A stretch of 63,978 nucleotides of DNA, counting the filler, from Stramenopiles sp. TOSAG23-3 (Eukaryota), in the NCBI GenBank assembly GCA_900128585.1. It is 3 parts of 3 records of this genome, joined end to end, with 100 filler letters (N's around TTAATTAATTAA, not from the genome) between each part and the next. Parts side by side here need not be neighbours in the genome. Positions count along the whole stretch, not along the records: positions 1 to 21,389 come from LT642358.1; 2 more parts are not named here. One strand, 5' to 3'. This document shows, piece after piece, positions 1 to 10,910 of this stretch. Position 1 is the first letter of the stretch. Each line of letters starts with the position of its first letter. The translations under genes were made by a program, and so were the position numbers. The notes below the pieces were generated by a model, which saw only the letters and a list, made by a program, of their open reading frames with translations, did not search any database and was not told where the DNA came from.

Positions 1-454
1 ATAATTTACTCAGTAAACCTTTAATGGACAAAAGGAGCAGATTCATTTTCGCGGGGTACATTGAAGATAAATTTTAAGTTTGGAGGTGTCTTAAAACATA
101 CTGGGTGCATAATTGTTTTTTTTTTTAATTACTTAAATAACAGACAAGTTTTTGTTTTTAATTTACTCATTTTGGCGTGGTTTAAAATTGTATGGAAGGA
201 TGAATGGAATTTCAGGAAAATTAGTCATAAACGTCATACTCATCTCTTCAGCGTTAACCTAAAAAATCTAACAATCTAACACAATATTTATTAAAAGAAC
301 ATTAAAGTATCTGAATTATAAACCAATGTTTCTAATTCGCTGCTAACAAATTCTAAAAGCCACATTTAAGGGCATGAAAGGGATCATCCCGGTTTGAGGC
401 AATGGCCGGTGCTCCACTCCCCCCACTATTTCTCCACAGGCTTCATTTCTTCGT

Positions 455-1135
455 CTATTCAATCCGCTGTTCAATCACTTTATCGACTATACCAAACTCC
501 ATAGCCTCTTGTGCGCTCATGAATTTGTCTCTATCCATTACCTTTTCAATACCGCCAATATCTTGCCCTGTATGGTGGACATAAAGATTGTTCAACCTGC
601 TCCGCAACTTTAATATTTCTTCTGCCTGGATTGCAATGTCGCTCGCCATTCCCTGCGCACCACCAGACGGCTGGTGGACCATGATTCGTGCATTCGGCAA
701 ACACTGGCGCATGCCGTTGGCCCCGCCTGCTAACAGCAAGGAACCCATAGACGCCGCTTGTCCCATGCATACAGTGGAAATGGGGCATTGGATAAACTGC
801 ATTGTATCGTAAATAGCGAGCCCGGCTGTTACTAAACCTCCGGGGCTATTGATGTACATATGAACGCTTTTTTCGGGGTTCTCTGCTTCTAAGAACAAGA
901 GCTGAGCGGTTACTATCGACGCCACCTCGTCCGTAACTGGTCCATGCAAGCATATAATGCGATCACGCAGAAGCCTCGAATAAATATCAAACGCCCTTTC
1001 TCCTGCACCGCTAGATTCGAGCACCATGGGGACAACTCCCGACACAGACGGTATCGTCGAGTGAAACATTTGCCTGCCACTTTTGGGATACACAATTCGC
1101 CAGGAAGCACATTTTACACGGGCAACAGCACGCAT
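455..1135 (-). CDS. CLPP: ATP-dependent Clp protease proteolytic subunit, mitochondrial
   Basis: Motifs [32 protein letters not shown] (catalytic Ser), [10 protein letters not shown] and [18 protein letters not shown]. The basic, non-acidic N-terminal extension looks like a transit peptide. Confidence 0.96.
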   Translation of the reverse strand: MRAVARVKCASWRIVYPKSGRQMFHSTIPSVSGVVPMVLESSGAGERAFDIYSRLLRDRIICLHGPVTDEVASIVTAQLLFLEAENPEKSVHMYINSPGGLVTAGLAIYDTMQFIQCPISTVCMGQAASMGSLLLAGGANGMRQCLPNARIMVHQPSGGAQGMASDIAIQAEEILKLRSRLNNLYVHHTGQDIGGIEKVMDRDKFMSAQEAMEFGIVDKVIEQRIE

Positions 1136-2374
1136 TATTGTGAAATTCTTTTCTGGGAAGAAAGCTAAATGAAGACAAGTTCGATCACCGCTTGCTCTTT
1201 ATTGTTTTCTCAAACGTCTACTATTCTCTAGCGGCAGTATTATTATATATATAGTATATCAAAAAAAAACTCAATATAATAATATGGTTTTCTCACGACG
1301 CGTTGTTTATTATTTTTTAAATAAAAAAAAAAAAAGTGTGATGATGATGATGGAGAAAAAAACCATAGTAATACTGTATATTATAATTTAAAGTATATAA
1401 TAATAATACAAGAATTATTTTACAACAACACGTCTCTTATTATTATTTTTTTTTAGAAAAAAACGTGATGATCAAATGAACACTGTATCATTCAATTCAA
1501 TAATCAACAATTTCAATTTTTAGGGGGAAACGTGATAAAACCGTTATATAGAAAATATGTACTTGTATGTTTTGTTAAGATATAAACGAAAGTAGCATTT
1601 TTACGGGAAACACTTTGTTATATTAGTACTGTAGAGTATTTACAAGTACGTCAATAAGCATATATTAGATAGGAAAATCTGTTCGAACCGGATTTTATTT
1701 CTCTATTAAATATGGTGCGTGCCACCAAGAATTTCATAGATGCTGTGTCAACTTCATATATAAATAACATATAAATACGATGGAGTATTTTTCACAAAAT
1801 CCCTGTTTCATATCGATTTGTCTGTCCGTCCCCCGTCCGTCCGTCCACCCCAACCGAGCCTTAATAATAATAATAATTTAAAGAAATAATTCCGTAGTAG
1901 GTAGTAGCGACTAAAAAAAAAGAAATAATAAAAAATAAAAATAATAATAAATAATGTGTCTAGTTTTAGAGTGTTTTCTTCTTAAACTATTATTATTATT
2001 ATTTATAATAATAATTTTTTATTAATAATTAATAAAAAAAATAGTCGTCTATTTTTTATTAAATAATAATTATATTACAGTGTATATTATAATAAATTAT
2101 AAAAAAAATAAATAATATATTATTTTTTTATTATTATAATTATTATCACGTATATTTGTGTACGAAGTATAAGTAAAAACTGTATTTTCTTTTCTTTGGT
2201 GGTGTTCACTTACACCAATTATCCAGACAACTCAGGCGGCGATGGAAACATTTATATCTTCGGGAGTCTATTGCATTCGACGTTGAATTGCAAACGGACG
2301 AGACTGGGGTTTCGACCGTATATTGTATACTCTTGACCAGGGCCGGGTGGGGTGGGGAGGGCGGTAATCTCATA

Positions 2375-4234
2375 ATGCCCCGAGCAAGGGTACAAAGGTT
2401 CGTTGCCGATAATGTTCGCCGATGCTACGGGGCAGAAATTGTCCAGGAGACTTTGGCTGCTGTGGGCAAGCTGGTGACTATTTCCAAATTTGAGGGTGTG
2501 GATTATCAATCGAATATAGCATTTAGACTGGCCAAACAAGTTCGCCAATCACCGCAAACAGTGGCACAGAATATATTGAACAATGCGCCCGATTGCTCCG
2601 CGTTAGCGAACGTTTCCGTCTCCCCTCAGGGATTCATTAATATGACGTTGTCGGATGGGTACTTAAGAGAAGTAGTACGTGGTCATGTGTTAAATGAAAC
2701 CCGCCAACATGGACAAGACACCACTGCAAAAAATGTATTAATAGATTTTTGTTCCCCTAATATAGGCAAACAATTGCACCCGGGGCACATGAGGTCCATG
2801 TTTTGGGGAGACACGATTTCTAACATCCTCGAATTTTGTGGCCACCGCGTCACACGTGTCAGTCACGTAGGAGATTTTGGGCTCCCTGCAGCAATGCTGG
2901 CTCAACACTGCTTAGAAAATGCTAATAGACTCGAATGGGTCAAACACCTTGTCTCGGGCGGGGAGGGTGCGTGCGCCGTCCCTTCGCTCGGGGAGCTGGG
3001 TCGACTGTACGTGGAAGCCAAACAACGTATGGACCGGGCAGGAACAGACGGGTTTACAAGTCGTGTCAATCACCTCCTGTTGCACATGCAAATGTCTATG
3101 TGCGGAGAAAGTATTTGCGGGGCATATAACAATCCCTTCGACAGTAGCATGGAATGGAATTCCGTTCAGAACGTAATAGCCCAGGTTAGCCGTGACAGCA
3201 ACCATGTTTTGTACGAAGAACTGGGAATCGAAGTGCACGATCGCCCTGAATCTACATACGCGCCCATGCTTCCCGGGATTGTACAGGAGTTGCTACGGAA
3301 AGGGCTTGCGGTGGAATCCGAGGGTGCCATTGTTACTGGGATGTACAGTGAGGTGGGTGCCGCTTTGGATTCCCCCATGCTTATTAGGAAAAGTGATGGT
3401 ACATTTTTATATGCAACCGTTGACATCGCGGCGATAAAGCACCGTATCTCCCAAGACATGCATGATTGGCTCATTTACGTTACCGATTCTGGCCAAGGGT
3501 TGCATTTTCGGCAACTTTTTGCTTCTGCAACCTCGGCAGGGTGGTGCAAGAGACCTGGGAGTCCTGTCGTAGCCTTGGATCACGTTGGGCACGGGGTTAT
3601 CCAGGGAGAAGATGGTAAAAAGTTGAGCTCCAGGCGGGGAGACGCATCCTTAAAAGACCTACTCGAAGAGGCAATCATGCGCGTAGAAAATTTACTGATA
3701 GACCCAGCGAGTTACATTAGGACCTCCAAGGTGATCGACAACCCTGAGGAGATGAAGGCAATGTCCACTACAATAGGGACAAATGCTGTACGGTATTTTG
3801 ACTTGAAAGCCGGGCGCCGGTCTTACCGCCTAGACTATCCCACTATGTTGAATTTCAAAGGGAACACGTCGGTATATTTGCAGTACACCTACACGAGGTT
3901 TCGAAACATTTGTCGCTCTGTAGAAACCGACCCCGAGAAATCAGCAGAAATAGTGGCCGGGGATGTTGCTTTTGGAAATAGTTTTGAGCGGGACCTTGGG
4001 CTAGCACTGGCTCGTTTTCACGATGTAGTAGGCTCATCTGCTGATGAGCTCGCCCCAAATCTGCTCTGCGACCATATGTTTCTCATATGCCAAAGTGCAA
4101 ATACATTCTACGAACACTGTCGTGTCTTTGGAAGCCCAGAAGAATCGTCTAGACTGGCGATTTGCCATGCCGTTGTCAATGTTTTAAATTGTGGAATGGG
4201 ACTGGTTGGCATCGAAGCCTTGGAAAAAATGTAG
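2375..4234 (+). CDS. RARS: Arginine--tRNA ligase (class I), probably organellar
   Basis: Motifs GFIN, IDFCSPNIGKQLHPGHMRS (HIGH-like), HVGDFG, KSDGTFLYATVD, KKLSSRRG (KMSKS-like), GNTSVYLQYTYTR and a DALR-type C-terminus. First in-frame ATG is at 2375; the ORF track starts at TTG 2288. Confidence 0.93.
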   Translation: MPRARVQRFVADNVRRCYGAEIVQETLAAVGKLVTISKFEGVDYQSNIAFRLAKQVRQSPQTVAQNILNNAPDCSALANVSVSPQGFINMTLSDGYLREVVRGHVLNETRQHGQDTTAKNVLIDFCSPNIGKQLHPGHMRSMFWGDTISNILEFCGHRVTRVSHVGDFGLPAAMLAQHCLENANRLEWVKHLVSGGEGACAVPSLGELGRLYVEAKQRMDRAGTDGFTSRVNHLLLHMQMSMCGESICGAYNNPFDSSMEWNSVQNVIAQVSRDSNHVLYEELGIEVHDRPESTYAPMLPGIVQELLRKGLAVESEGAIVTGMYSEVGAALDSPMLIRKSDGTFLYATVDIAAIKHRISQDMHDWLIYVTDSGQGLHFRQLFASATSAGWCKRPGSPVVALDHVGHGVIQGEDGKKLSSRRGDASLKDLLEEAIMRVENLLIDPASYIRTSKVIDNPEEMKAMSTTIGTNAVRYFDLKAGRRSYRLDYPTMLNFKGNTSVYLQYTYTRFRNICRSVETDPEKSAEIVAGDVAFGNSFERDLGLALARFHDVVGSSADELAPNLLCDHMFLICQSANTFYEHCRVFGSPEESSRLAICHAVVNVLNCGMGLVGIEALEKM

Positions 4235-4961
4235 TACTTTTTAAGTTTTGAGGGAACGCAGGAGTACTCGTCCATATATGCGCCAGCGGCGTGGATTTAT
4301 GATGGGCGAGGGATAATCGATGATCTGGTAATTCCTAACAGTATGATCAACTTTAGTCTTATCTTAAAAAAAAACCGATTATATAGTATGTTTTAAGACT
4401 CTCAAGATTATCTCAATTGTAAGATCAATTCGTGACTATGACTAATAAAAATCAAAATCGGTCGAGACCATCATTATCATTCCTACGATATTCTACCATA
4501 CGACCCTGAACCCTAGTCTTATCTTAATAAAAGCTTTAAACTCGTATCTTAAAAAGATTCTTTTAAAAACAAAAAAATGGCTGTTATTTTAGAGTGAAAG
4601 GGTATAGCATGGGGTTGCCTTGAAATTGTAATTGATATAAAATGAGAGTCTTAAAGCATAACATATCATACTCTTCTATGCATATTGATTTTTTTTTTTA
4701 AAGAGGTACACACAAGATAAGTTCGCAGTTCATGAAGGAATGTAAACCTAGAATGTCTAAATCTAGATTTCAGTTCGCAGTACATTAATTTTNNNNNNNN
4801 NNNNNNNNNNNNNNNNNNNNNNNNNNNNNNNNNNNNNNNNNNNNNNNNNTCTGGAACAAGGAGGAGTTTGGGTTCTTGAACGGTTTTACCTTCTTTTTTC
4901 TTTTCTTTTTTGACTTAAAACATACTATGTATATAATTTGTTTTCATTCTTACTCCACGCT

Positions 4962-5657
4962 TTACTCCACATCGGGCTGTGGAGTTATTCGCAAATACGG
5001 CTTTATTTCAGTAAATCCTTTGGTAAATAATTCTGAGGCCACTTCATTGTTGATTGATGGAAGTATCATCACATCTTCGCCAACTTTCCAGTTTGCAGGT
5101 GTTGCAACTTTTCTGTACACTGCGAGCTGCATTGCATCTAAAGCACGGATGATTTCATAAAAATTCCTGCCCACGTACGTGGGGTAGTCCATTCGCATTT
5201 GAACTTTCCGCTGGGGGTCGATAATTAAAACGCTCCGTACTGTCTGCTGTTTGGCAGGGGCATTTGGAGAATTGGGGTGGCAAAATCCAAATCTTGGTGC
5301 TATCTCTCCTGTCGGGTCTGCTACTATCGGAAAATTTACTTCTGTTCCTTGCGTTTCATTGATATCTTTGATCCATCCCTGGTGGTTTGCAACTGTGTCT
5401 ACAGAAAACCCGATAACTTTGCAATCTCTGCCAGAAAATTCCTTCATTAATTTCGCGACCATACCAATCTCCGTGGTACAGACCGGAGTGTAGTCAGCCG
5501 GGTGAGAAAAGAGCATCGCCCAAGACCCTGTAATGTAATCGTGCAAGGTTAACGAACCTTTTTGCGTTTTGGCTGTGAAGTTGGGCACCTCGTCCCCAAG
5601 TCCACAGACGGGACGAAACTCGGTAGGAAATTCGTCATCGTTACTATCGGTTGCCAT
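4962..5657 (-). CDS. PRDX6: 1-Cys peroxiredoxin (Prx6 family)
   Basis: FSHPADYTPVCTTE active site, plus GRNFYEIIRALDAMQL and ATPANWKVGEDV. ATG at 5657. Confidence 0.95.
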   Translation of the reverse strand: MATDSNDDEFPTEFRPVCGLGDEVPNFTAKTQKGSLTLHDYITGSWAMLFSHPADYTPVCTTEIGMVAKLMKEFSGRDCKVIGFSVDTVANHQGWIKDINETQGTEVNFPIVADPTGEIAPRFGFCHPNSPNAPAKQQTVRSVLIIDPQRKVQMRMDYPTYVGRNFYEIIRALDAMQLAVYRKVATPANWKVGEDVMILPSINNEVASELFTKGFTEIKPYLRITPQPDVE

Positions 5658-6182
5658 AGTCAAAATAGAGTCCGTCCTATAGCAGGCAATAAAAATACCC
5701 TAGGTCTTTATCCTGTTGGATCTAATCTATCGGGGTAGGAATATTGAAACGTTGCATCCTCTGGGCCACAAGTATTCCTACGTGCGACTGAAAAGTTAAT
5801 GTTTCCAATACCACTACTAACGAACGGAACACCTGTGAAATTTAAAAAAATGACGCCAGCGGCGGCGGCGCGCTCTGCTGAAGAAGGGACTCCAGAGAAA
5901 AATAACAATTAAGGTTTAAACTACATTAATAATCTAATTATGTCAGTATCATATATCATAGTATCAAATTTGGAAACCAGACACTGAACACTGACTGAAG
6001 ACTGAAAAATACGATGATGAAGATGAAGGAAAAACCCAAATAGATGAGAACCTTCTCCTTCCTCTTCCAATCCCTTCCTCTAATGTTGTGTCCTTGTCCC
6101 CCTGTGGGCCTGTGGGCTAAGATACTCCACGAAAGTCAACAAACGTACAAGTTGCTAGAAGGTCATGGTACGGTATAAGAAC

Positions 6183-6489
6183 CAACTTTCTTCAAACACT
6201 TCGAAATCAAACCATTCCGACGGACACTTGTTCTCACTGGAAAGGGGCATAACACTTAGTATGGAGACGTGGAATGGACACCAATTGATGCTGTTAAAGG
6301 CCCAAACCTTTCCAGATGAGGAAACGCAGCCCTGAAACCGCGATTTTCAAAGAAACTTTCAAAGAAATGGGAAGCCAACTTTGCCATCTGGTGTCCATTC
6401 GACGTCTACATGCTCAATTTTATGCTTCATTACAGTGGGAACAAGTACCCGTTGGAATGGTTTGGTTTCGATTCGTTTTGAAGAAGTTG
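6183..6489. repeat. Imperfect inverted repeat, ~105-110-bp arms with ~95-bp spacer
   Basis: The reverse complement of 6183-6290 aligns to 6385-6489 (TGGTGTCCATTC..GAACAAGT..GGAATGGTTTG..TTTCGA..TTTGAAGAA), roughly 80% identical by eye. Confidence 0.9.
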
Positions 6490-7521
6490 CTTCAATTTGA
6501 AGTATTAATATTAATGAATTTTGATGATACTTTTGAGTAGCTGGCTATATACCAATATTCGAAGCAGTGAACAAATTTGCGTTTTAAAAATTGTACTTGT
6601 GTTTCGTAGTATGTTGCCTATTATATTTTATTCCAAAAAATTGGCGTCTTAATGGGAATATCAAATAGTCCCAAATTAACATTAATAGGAAAATTATTTT
6701 AACTTTTCCGGGGCTCCACCTTTTTAAGCTATTTATTAGTTACACTTACTGTTTTTAAAAATCATTAAATACATAAAATATGTATACTTAATCTATATTT
6801 ATTTACTGTATTATTACTATATTAAACAATTATTTATTTAATGATTTTAATAATATAGTTAGTAACTAGTATCAAATTCTTCTCAACCAGTCATTCCAGA
6901 CTCTCTTCTCATATCACTTTCAGTCACATAATAAAGAAAAAAGGCAAGAAAGAACACGAGAATAGCACACAAACTACTTTTAGTTGTACTTACATTATTC
7001 TATTCTATGAGAAGAATATGGAAGGATAATAATCGCTGTTAAAAAGATGTTTCATTTTTGTTGTTGTTGAGTTTTTTAGTATTTACTGTAGATTCTATTG
7101 TAATATTATATTGAACAAAGAGGATGGAAGAGTAATGAAAAAAGTAATAAAAGCATATTTTACTTATACAATACAATTGTTCCTATATACTTTGTCATTT
7201 CTATTATCGTCCCAAATTGTAAATTCCTATTGGGAATGTTCAACAATTATCTGTACTGTGTCGCTATATAATACTGTAGTGAGCTAGCACGGTCGGTGTT
7301 TATTTTTATTATTATTTTTTAGTCATGTTTGTGTGTTGTTTTGTTCGATAGATATTTAAAAAGAAACAATCAACCACATCAGACGTGGGGGTGTGAAGGA
7401 GTGGGATGGGAAAAGTGGAGAAATCGTATGTGTCACCGTCAACTCTTCCACAGGACTTGTATCTAACTCTCGATATCACGTTAAATTGTTGTTCTACTTA
7501 ATTCTTTTCAAATCTTTCAAA

Positions 7522-7899
7522 ATGGTTATCAAAACTCGTTTGTGTGCCTTCAGTGAGAACCGTATCTACCCTGGTCACGGTATGATGGCCATCCGCAAGG
7601 ATGGTTCCACCGTGCAACTCTTTGGGAGTAAAGAACGTCAACTGTTCAACCAACGCAAAAAGCCAGCCAAGCTTACTTGGACCCAAGCCTGGCGCCGATT
7701 GAACAAGAAAGCAACGGGCCAAATGCGCTCCAAAAAGCGCACCCGTCGTGTAGTTAAGGTACAACGTGCTATTGTCGGAATGAACTTGGACGAAATTAAG
7801 AAAAAGAGAAACCAGCCGAAAGATATCAGAGACGCTGCTCGTAAACTTGCCTTGAAGGAAATCAAAGAACGCAAGAATAAGAAGAAAGGCGGAAAGTAA
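7522..7899 (+). CDS. RPL24: 60S ribosomal protein eL24
   Basis: MVIKTRLCAFSENRIYPGHG...KKPAKLTWTQAWRRLNKK...QRAIVGMNLDEIKKKRNQ. ATG at 7522. Confidence 0.97.
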   Translation: MVIKTRLCAFSENRIYPGHGMMAIRKDGSTVQLFGSKERQLFNQRKKPAKLTWTQAWRRLNKKATGQMRSKKRTRRVVKVQRAIVGMNLDEIKKKRNQPKDIRDAARKLALKEIKERKNKKKGGK

Positions 7900-8255
7900 G
7901 CGTGGAGGCGGCTGAGTAATGCGTGGTTGTGCATGGGAAGAAGCCAAATGCACTCCAGTGAAATGCGTTCGGCTAGTCTCAGGTGGGTTGGGAGATCTTT
8001 TGTACTTTTGGCTTGCATGCTCACACTATACTTTAAAAAAACAAATTATTTGAGATAGTGTGTGATTGACCTGCTAAATCTGCAGTGTATCAAATACGTG
8101 TTGTTTTTCTGCTATAACTGGCTTTAAAAAACAAACTATATAGTATGCTTTAAGGCTGATTATAAATAATATATAATACTATGCTCCGAACGTTCGGCGG
8201 GTGGTGTCCACTGCCGATGCCACCTCGGTCCCGAGGACGTCCCGCCCCCTCGCCC

Positions 8256-10910
8256 TCACTTCTTCTTCCCTCCCAATGGCGCCAATCCCTTTGGACGCCC
8301 CATGGCATCCCACGGGCTGTCGCTCGATATCCTTCCCAAGGGGCGCAACCCGTTGAAACTGTTGCACTGAAACCCCCCGCCGCTACTATCGCCCCCCTTC
8401 TTTAGGGGTGCCAAGCGATGAGGGGGCTTCGCGCTAGACAAGCCACCGGCACTACTGCCAAGTGGCGCTATCCTGTGTGGGTGCCTGGCTCGTGCCGACG
8501 AGCGCAACGGCCCTGGATCCGAGTGTTTGCCTTCTAACTCTTCCCTTTCCTCGCTACCTAGACTCTTCCCTTCCTTTTCTGGGTCCATAATGATATTGTG
8601 CCTGGTAGAACCCGGTGAGCCCGCAGGCGACAAACTACCCGTCTCCTCGCTCGTAGAACTTCCGGTCGCCGGGTCATCTGAGACCGGGGCACCTTCCCAT
8701 ACAGAAAATTTCTTGAAAAAACTATGTGGCTTGCACCCTAGCGTATACCCTCGCGCCTTTATAGAAATGTCGGGGAATGTCGAGTCCAACAAAGCGTGCT
8801 CTCCCTCTCCCTCGTCTAGAATGACGTACAAGTTGTTTGCTGTGTACACCATGCTCAATAGCACGCCCTGGGCGTACACCTTGCTGCAGACGACTTCGAT
8901 TTCGGCGAGAGGGGCGGCCCCCGCTTCCGTCAGTTGTAACTCAAAATATACGTTTCGGCCTTCCCCATCTATCCACGGCTTTTGCCCCTTGGAAACCAAA
9001 AAGTCGCGCAACTTCTCCAGCTCCTCCGATGCGTTCATGAGCTGTTCGACTACAAAATCAGCAGCTACTTCCAAATGGGCAAGGGCTTGGTACGCCTTGG
9101 AACGGTCCGGCAAGGTTTCGAGTTCCGTCGAAAAGGACATTTCCCGCTGCTGCCCCGCAATTGTAGGCATCACATCCTTTACCATTTCCAACGTCATCTG
9201 GCCAGGATCCACGGAAAAGTCGACGGTGCCCGTGTAGCACCACCCGCCGAAGCGAAAAAATGCTTCCCGTTGCGTCGGGCCGCTGGCGCCGCTGGCCTGC
9301 CCGTGGCGTACCGACGGCGAAAGCGCGCTGCCGTGCTTGAACACGATGTACGTCTGCCCCCCCGTGGATAGGCCATTGGCGTCCTCGTCGTCGTTCGCGT
9401 CTTTTGACTTCCTGCCTGCCGGGCTTCCCGCCCCTTTCCCAAAAAATCGAGAGTCTCCCCCACCACTAGGGCTATTCTTGGGGCTTTTTGAAGGCGAGGA
9501 AGCTGCCGGGCTACCCTGCCATATGCAAAGTTTCAGAAAGTGCGGGTGGTCAAAGGTTCCTATTTGGCAGCCGCCGCCCTTTCGACTCATGTCCGGGAAC
9601 GCTACGTCTAGCAAGGGTTGGTCTCCTTGCCCCTCCGCCAGCGTCGCGTAGATGCTCCCGTCGAAGTAAATCAACACCATGATGACGCCACGGACGTAAG
9701 TCTTGCTTGCGGCGATCTCAACCCCTGCGTAAGCCTTGCTGTCGGGGGACATTTGAAGCTCGAAGTACTCGCTCGGGGCCTCACCCGCGATAATTTTCTT
9801 GCTCGAGCTTTCCATGGCCTCGAGGGCTTTGTCGCTGTGCGCTAGATCTTCCATCTGTTCCAGCGACCGTATCGCTTCCGGGGTCGATGCCTGCTCTTCG
9901 ATGAATGCTGCGGCCCGTGTTAGGTGAAGCAAGGCTCGTCGGAATGAATTTCCCTTCTTCAATCTACTAAATTCGTTCACGTAACGGAGCGATGATTGCT
10001 GGGCCTGCAGGATTGGGATCGCCATCGGTATGTCCGATAGGGCCATTGAAATCTGCCCAAGATCTACTTCCCCGTCATAACACCAGTTTCCGCACCGGAC
10101 GAACACGCTCCGCCGCGTTGTGCTCCTGGAGGGTTTCCGGACGACATACGTCTGGTGGTATCCCTCTCTAAAGATATTGTCATCTTTGCCTGGGCCGCCG
10201 CCGGCCACTTCCTCCTCCTCGTCGTCGCTCACGAGCCCCTCCTCTAAATCCTCCAGATCTGCTGTCTTCTCCGCGGCTTGGCCGGACAGTGGCGAGAACA
10301 GAAGGTCCATCTTTGCCCACTGGTCGTGATCTTTGTACTGCTCCAGGGGGAAATTCTTGTGGGGGTTGTTCACTTTCGGAAAATTTGTGTCCAGCAGCTC
10401 GTGCTCGCCAATGGCGTCTTGCAACGTAATCAAGAACTTGCCGTCGTGATACAGTATACACCACAAAATGTTTTCTAAGAAAACTTTTGCAACTATCATT
10501 TCTACATTACCCATTTTCGCGACATACTCTTTCGTTGCCTCCAGCTCCAAGTAAAACGCTCCAAAGTCGTCGTTGATCCACGCCGTCATTCCAAACTCAC
10601 TTAAGGTCCTTAGCTTTTCCTCGTTTCGTAAAAGTTCGCTTTGGACGAACCGTGCCGCGGCAGTGGCGTCCTTGACGGGTTGCGAAAACTGTGGGAACAC
10701 CTTGAGGTCGTGGTCCCGGCACAAGAAAGGCATAGAGCCTTGGCGCTGTTGAAGGACTTTCAACACCAGCGAAAAATTGTCAAGGGTTAACACTTTAACT
10801 CCTAGGTTGGTGGCCTCGTCCCGGTAGCAGAATTTTCCGAACCGAAAGAGGACGTCACGCGTGGTGGCGCCAAACTTCGCCGGTTTCAAAATTACGTAGG
10901 TCTGGTCCAT
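8256..10910 (-). CDS. Uncharacterised protein with three tandem copies of a ~210-aa domain and a low-complexity tail
   Basis: Long GC-rich ORF. Each repeat starts QTY..K..TxRxxFxRxGxW/FCY and contains Y[FL]EL and LLDxxFP. ATG at 10910. Confidence 0.88.
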   Translation of the reverse strand: MDQTYVILKPAKFGATTRDVLFRFGKFCYRDEATNLGVKVLTLDNFSLVLKVLQQRQGSMPFLCRDHDLKVFPQFSQPVKDATAAARFVQSELLRNEEKLRTLSEFGMTAWINDDFGAFYLELEATKEYVAKMGNVEMIVAKVFLENILWCILYHDGKFLITLQDAIGEHELLDTNFPKVNNPHKNFPLEQYKDHDQWAKMDLLFSPLSGQAAEKTADLEDLEEGLVSDDEEEEVAGGGPGKDDNIFREGYHQTYVVRKPSRSTTRRSVFVRCGNWCYDGEVDLGQISMALSDIPMAIPILQAQQSSLRYVNEFSRLKKGNSFRRALLHLTRAAAFIEEQASTPEAIRSLEQMEDLAHSDKALEAMESSSKKIIAGEAPSEYFELQMSPDSKAYAGVEIAASKTYVRGVIMVLIYFDGSIYATLAEGQGDQPLLDVAFPDMSRKGGGCQIGTFDHPHFLKLCIWQGSPAASSPSKSPKNSPSGGGDSRFFGKGAGSPAGRKSKDANDDEDANGLSTGGQTYIVFKHGSALSPSVRHGQASGASGPTQREAFFRFGGWCYTGTVDFSVDPGQMTLEMVKDVMPTIAGQQREMSFSTELETLPDRSKAYQALAHLEVAADFVVEQLMNASEELEKLRDFLVSKGQKPWIDGEGRNVYFELQLTEAGAAPLAEIEVVCSKVYAQGVLLSMVYTANNLYVILDEGEGEHALLDSTFPDISIKARGYTLGCKPHSFFKKFSVWEGAPVSDDPATGSSTSEETGSLSPAGSPGSTRHNIIMDPEKEGKSLGSEEREELEGKHSDPGPLRSSARARHPHRIAPLGSSAGGLSSAKPPHRLAPLKKGGDSSGGGFQCNSFNGLRPLGRISSDSPWDAMGRPKGLAPLGGKKK

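Noticed and set aside
5736..5781. 9-bp inverted repeat GTAGGAATA/TATTCCTAC upstream of PRDX6
   Set aside because: Short enough to arise by chance, and no recognisable RNA motif.
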